Below, in pieces: positions 60,193-64,000 of a stretch of DNA of 64,000 bases. Position numbers and translations under genes: made by a program. Source of the DNA: an uncultured Verrucomicrobiae bacterium. GTDB lineage: Bacteria; Verrucomicrobiota; Verrucomicrobiia; Chthoniobacterales; UBA10450. Location of the stretch: positions 576,001 through 640,000 of the forward strand of contig CAVYXA010000001.1 in the NCBI GenBank assembly GCA_963772365.1, written 5' to 3'. Numbering within the stretch: position 1 is the stretch's first letter; every line of letters starts with the position of its first letter. Under the pieces are notes generated by a model, which was not told the DNA's origin, searched no databases, and saw nothing but the letters and a program-made list of their open reading frames with translations.

Positions 60193-62472
60193 TTACATTC
60201 GTGGGCGGCTTCGGCGCCGGGGCGGCGGAGTCGATGCCGGTTGGGGGGGATGTTTGATTCCAAAGAGACGTTGGAAAAAGTTTGGTCGTCGCGGCTGCGG
60301 GGCGACCACCGGTTGAGCGCGCGGGATGGAGCCTCGACGCGTGACCTGCCCCTGAGCGTCCGCTTCCATTTCCACATCTGGCGCCGCGCCGCCAGTGGAC
60401 ATTTGGACATCCGCATTCTGAGAATCGCCTCCACCTTCCTCATCCGTGCCTTCAACGTTCGGCCCGGAATCGTGAAAGCTGACCGCCTTAATACTTTGGA
60501 ATGGATCAGCTGTATGGGCGGGCGCGAGCCAAGCTACGGGCATGTCGAAGCTGTCATTTTCCAAACCTAACGCGCGCTCCATGATCCGGGCCGCGATCGG
60601 CCCGGCGACTGGACCGCCGTGCCCGCCGTGCTCACCAGCCTGGACCATCACGACTACAACGTACTTGGGATGATCGAATGGTGCGAAGCACGCGAACCAT
60701 GCGACGTTGCCTTCGACGCCACGGTCTGTTGCTTGCGCCGTTCCCGTTTTGCCAGCGACCACTGTATTCTTCAGCCGCGCCGCGCTGCCCGTTCCGCCGT
60801 CTTCATTGACAACCTTCCAGAAGCCTTTGCGCAGTAGTTCGATATCCGAGGCGGAAATTTCGCGGCGCAAATCCGAACGCACTCGTGGTATCTGCGATAC
60901 AACAGGGCGACCGCTCTCATCCAGAAGGGGCGAGCCATCCTGATTCAAAACTCTGTCAACCAAACGCGGATAATAACAAGTGCCGCCGTTTGCAATCGCC
61001 ACGTATGCCATCGCGAGTTGAAGTGGAGAGACGAGCGTGTATCCCTGGCCAATTGAAACGTTGGCAGTTTGCGCCTGGGTCCAGCGTTCGAGGGGATGAT
61101 GCAATTGCATCCATTCCGGCCCTGGCATGTTGCCGGCCTGCTCACCAGCCAATTGCAGACCCGATTCTTCTCCGATCCCCAGCATCTTACCGACTATATC
61201 GATTGATTGAATGCCGGCGGCGTTTCCATATTGATAGAAAAACGCATCGCACGAAACCTTAATCGCATCGGCCAAACTGAGATACCCGTGGGTGTAATGT
61301 TTGGACGCCACCCAACACTTGAAATAATGATCGCCGTAGCTCACACCTCCCGTGCAGGTAAATTTTGCGTCCGCCATACCGCGGCGCAATCCGGCCAGCG
61401 ATGTGATCAGTTTAAATGTCGATCCTGGCGGTAACCCGCTGATGGCTCGGTTTACCAGCGGGTGTGCCGCATCCTTTCGTAACGCCTCCCAATCCTTCGC
61501 CTTGATGCTAGGGATAAAAGTGTTTGGATCGAACGACGGGACGGAAGCCATCGCCAGCACGTTGCCGTTATTGGGATCGACAACCACCGCTCCCGCGCGA
61601 CCTACCGCACGTAACGCTTCTTCGGTAATGGATTGGATCCGCGCATCGATCGTCAGGTAAACGTTGGCCCCTTGTCGGGGCGGAACTTCGCGGAGCACTC
61701 CATCGATTGCTCCCTTTGCATTGCGCCGCAAATAACGCACACCCGGTTTGCCGCGAAGATATTCATCCATTGTTTTCTCGATATTTGATTTTCCCTCTAG
61801 ATCGCCCTGGTAGAACGTGAACTTCTTCGCCTCCTCTTTGTCGACGTCGTCCGGGGCACCCACATAACCGAGAATGTGGGACGCTAACGCGCCGTAGATG
61901 TAGGAACGAACCGGCTTCACGGCGATATCGACGCCCGGCAATCCCACATCATGTTCGGAAAATTTGGCCATCGTGGGAAAATCGATGTCCTGAATGTAAG
62001 AATAGGGCACTTCCGTGTCGTTTCGATAGTGTCTTTGCAGTTGCTTGGCGTTGTAATCACGCGCCAGATCCAGATCATTCAATCGCGGCACAACACCGTT
62101 GTTCACGATCTTGATGATGTCCGGCTCCTTCACATCTTTGGGCATACCGTTGATCGTGGCGCGATATTCGCTCAACGGTGGCGAGCCAAATCGTTCTCGA
62201 TAGCCCTTGACCATTTCGGGCAGATAAAAATCGACTTCGTAGCTTGCTCGATTTGTTACGAGCGTGACTCCGTTACGGTCCTTGATTTCCCCTCGCACGG
62301 AAGGCAGCCGAACGGTCGCCTGCGAGCTGCTGCGAATCTGTGCAGTCCATTCCTTCCCATGAGCGACTTGAATCCACCATAGCTTTAGCAAAAGAGCACC
62401 CATCCCCATGAGCATCAGCAATCCGAGAAACTGGATCCGCAAGCGTGACGTGAAACGGCGGCGTCGATTCAT
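60193..62472 (-). CDS. mrdA: Penicillin-binding protein 2
   Basis: RGEI.DRNG, PGSTFK (SxxK), SCD, GKTGTAQ; follows mreCD. Confidence 0.92.
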   Translation of the reverse strand: MNRRRRFTSRLRIQFLGLLMLMGMGALLLKLWWIQVAHGKEWTAQIRSSSQATVRLPSVRGEIKDRNGVTLVTNRASYEVDFYLPEMVKGYRERFGSPPLSEYRATINGMPKDVKEPDIIKIVNNGVVPRLNDLDLARDYNAKQLQRHYRNDTEVPYSYIQDIDFPTMAKFSEHDVGLPGVDIAVKPVRSYIYGALASHILGYVGAPDDVDKEEAKKFTFYQGDLEGKSNIEKTMDEYLRGKPGVRYLRRNAKGAIDGVLREVPPRQGANVYLTIDARIQSITEEALRAVGRAGAVVVDPNNGNVLAMASVPSFDPNTFIPSIKAKDWEALRKDAAHPLVNRAISGLPPGSTFKLITSLAGLRRGMADAKFTCTGGVSYGDHYFKCWVASKHYTHGYLSLADAIKVSCDAFFYQYGNAAGIQSIDIVGKMLGIGEESGLQLAGEQAGNMPGPEWMQLHHPLERWTQAQTANVSIGQGYTLVSPLQLAMAYVAIANGGTCYYPRLVDRVLNQDGSPLLDESGRPVVSQIPRVRSDLRREISASDIELLRKGFWKVVNEDGGTGSAARLKNTVVAGKTGTAQATDRGVEGNVAWFACFAPFDHPKYVVVVMVQAGEHGGHGGPVAGPIAARIMERALGLENDSFDMPVAWLAPAHTADPFQSIKAVSFHDSGPNVEGTDEEGGGDSQNADVQMSTGGAAPDVEMEADAQGQVTRRGSIPRAQPVVAPQPRRPNFFQRLFGIKHPPQPASTPPPRRRSRPRM

Positions 62473-63011
62473 TCAAATCCTTCTCTTTGCGACAAATAAT
62501 GGAAGCCAGTGATGCGGCCAAGCCATTGCAGAAATAGAAAAATGATTGGCGCCAGCAACATGGCGATCAGGCCGGGTCCGCCGATCTGCCACCAAACGTC
62601 GTTCGAAAAAACAAGTGATCCTCGCCGAAAGCTGATCATTAAATATTGGGTCAAAACGATTAGCGATGTGCAGATGCCAGTCATGATGCAATGCACTTCC
62701 CAGCGGCCGCGGATGAAAAGTGGCCTCAGGCCATGCATGATTCCCGCCAAAACCGCGTAGAGCAGTATCGACCATCCGAGAGAGATTTCAACTTTCCCAT
62801 CGATCACCTGCACTGTCAGCGCATCGAGCAGAATGCCGGAGTAGAACGCGAGGGCGAGCATCAGCGGAAATGGCAGGACTACCGCGCCATAAAAAACAAT
62901 CACCGGCACAATATAGACGTGACTGTTATAAAGAAACGGCAACGTCGGAATGAAAAACTCCGCGACCTGTGCAATCAGGACCAGAACCAAAAGAAGAAAA
63001 AAGAAAATCAT
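62469..63011 (-). CDS. mreD: Rod shape-determining protein MreD-like
   Basis: Very hydrophobic 180-aa protein with G.LLD motif, between mreC and mrdA. Confidence 0.72.
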   Translation of the reverse strand: MIFFFLLLVLVLIAQVAEFFIPTLPFLYNSHVYIVPVIVFYGAVVLPFPLMLALAFYSGILLDALTVQVIDGKVEISLGWSILLYAVLAGIMHGLRPLFIRGRWEVHCIMTGICTSLIVLTQYLMISFRRGSLVFSNDVWWQIGGPGLIAMLLAPIIFLFLQWLGRITGFHYLSQREGFE

Positions 63012-63811
63012 TTCCGTCCCGTAACTACGAACACATCCTCCAAATGCGCCAAGTCGACGCCTGGGGTCAACACTGCCTGCCCATCAAGTTCGCGGACCCG
63101 AAAGCTTTTCACTACACCGACTAGGAGACCGGACGGGAAAACGCCGCCTACGCCAGTTGTATAGACTTTCTGGCCTGGCTTCAGGTCCGCTTGTTTAGAG
63201 AGAAAATTAAGATTCAGAAGCGGCGTCACACCGTTGCTGACTCGCTCGCCGGAAGCGATTCCTTGCTCTCGAGTGCCTTCTACGGAACAAGCCACCTTGC
63301 AATTCTCGTCCGAAATCAAAAGGACAACCGTTATGTTGGCGCTCACGGTAGTCGTTTTTCCGACAAGTCCTTCGTCGGTCACAACGGGCATATCGATCTC
63401 AACGCCATCTTCCGAACCTCGATTGATTGTAACGGTGCGCCACCAGGTGGAGGAATCTCGAGTGACGACGACGGCGGGCACAAGTTTGAATACGGAGCGC
63501 TCCTTGTAACTGAGCGCGTGCCGGAGGCGATTCACTTCCCGCTCGACATCCCGCAGCGCTTGATTCGTGGCCCGCAATTTTCGATTTTCGACTTCCAATG
63601 CCGAATTTTCGCGTTCCAGTTGATCGAGTGATTTCAGACCCGTGCGTACCGAGGTAATTTGGTTTTGCAAACCTGAGCCGCCGGTCAGAAAGGGCGCAAT
63701 CAGCTGGTAAACGGCGGCTTGAAACTTCCGCGTGCTCTCGGGTCCAAAGCTCAGAAAATAGCCAAGTATGGCGCCAAAGATGAGGAGCGCGATAATGCCC
63801 GTGCGACTCAT
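63008..63811 (-). CDS. mreC: Rod shape-determining protein MreC
   Basis: TM plus coiled coil, INRGS.DGV..DMPVV...GLVG, TTG.GGVFP.GL.VG. Confidence 0.92.
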   Translation of the reverse strand: MSRTGIIALLIFGAILGYFLSFGPESTRKFQAAVYQLIAPFLTGGSGLQNQITSVRTGLKSLDQLERENSALEVENRKLRATNQALRDVEREVNRLRHALSYKERSVFKLVPAVVVTRDSSTWWRTVTINRGSEDGVEIDMPVVTDEGLVGKTTTVSANITVVLLISDENCKVACSVEGTREQGIASGERVSNGVTPLLNLNFLSKQADLKPGQKVYTTGVGGVFPSGLLVGVVKSFRVRELDGQAVLTPGVDLAHLEDVFVVTGRK

Positions 63812-63871
63812 TCTCGTAGCCGGGCCCTCCAGCCCATGATCAAAGATCGGCTGCCATCCGAGGACACAGCG

Positions 63872-64000
63872 CTACCGCCATTGCCGATCGGCGGATGCAA
63901 CTTGACGCAAAAATTTGAGTTCATTGAGACATTTGCCTGTTCCTTCCGCAACGGCGCTCAATGGATCTTCAGCAACATGGACAGGCAACCCGGTCTCTTC
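63872..64000 (-). CDS. mreB: MreB, 3' end only (runs off the window)
   Basis: Manual translation EETGLPVHVAEDPLSAVAEGTGKCLNELKFLRQVASADRQWR*. Confidence 0.9.
   Translation of the reverse strand, partial: EETGLPVHVAEDPLSAVAEGTGKCLNELKFLRQVASADRQWR

Overview
This is a 64-kb bacterial chromosomal segment. Gene content and protein style (Pro/Thr-rich linkers, exosortase/EpsI, ETR1-like reductase, 'GKE..PPP' beta-barrels) suggest Verrucomicrobiota, probably Chthoniobacterales; that placement is inference only. The housekeeping blocks are lysC-thrC, rnpA-yidD-yidC-jag, purA-uppS, glnB-uppP, mutL, lpxB, thiHS and mreBCD-mrdA-rng. They surround a ~21-kb surface-polysaccharide region (glf, gmd, Wzx/Wzy-like proteins, glycosyltransferases, two paralogous beta-helix proteins, exosortase-EpsI, WecB). 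No rRNA, tRNA, CRISPR array, integrase or transposase was recognised. The notable non-obvious features are: (1) a single-polypeptide E1alpha-E1beta-lipoyl-E2 2-oxoacid dehydrogenase with palindromic repeat DNA in each of its three interdomain linkers; (2) at least seven families of REP-like or heptamer repeats, several read in frame inside proteins (MutL, ArnT-like) or supplying start/stop codons; (3) five two-gene nucleotidyltransferase modules, three with uncharacterised 65-79 aa partners, and three of the five showing inactivating lesions; (4) a 1.2-kb integrase-less islet bracketed by a duplicated glf 3' end; (5) a four-helix-bundle remnant between inverted heptamer arms, plus an ORF-less element of the same design; (6) a nonsense codon in purA and several small indels that could be real decay or assembly error.
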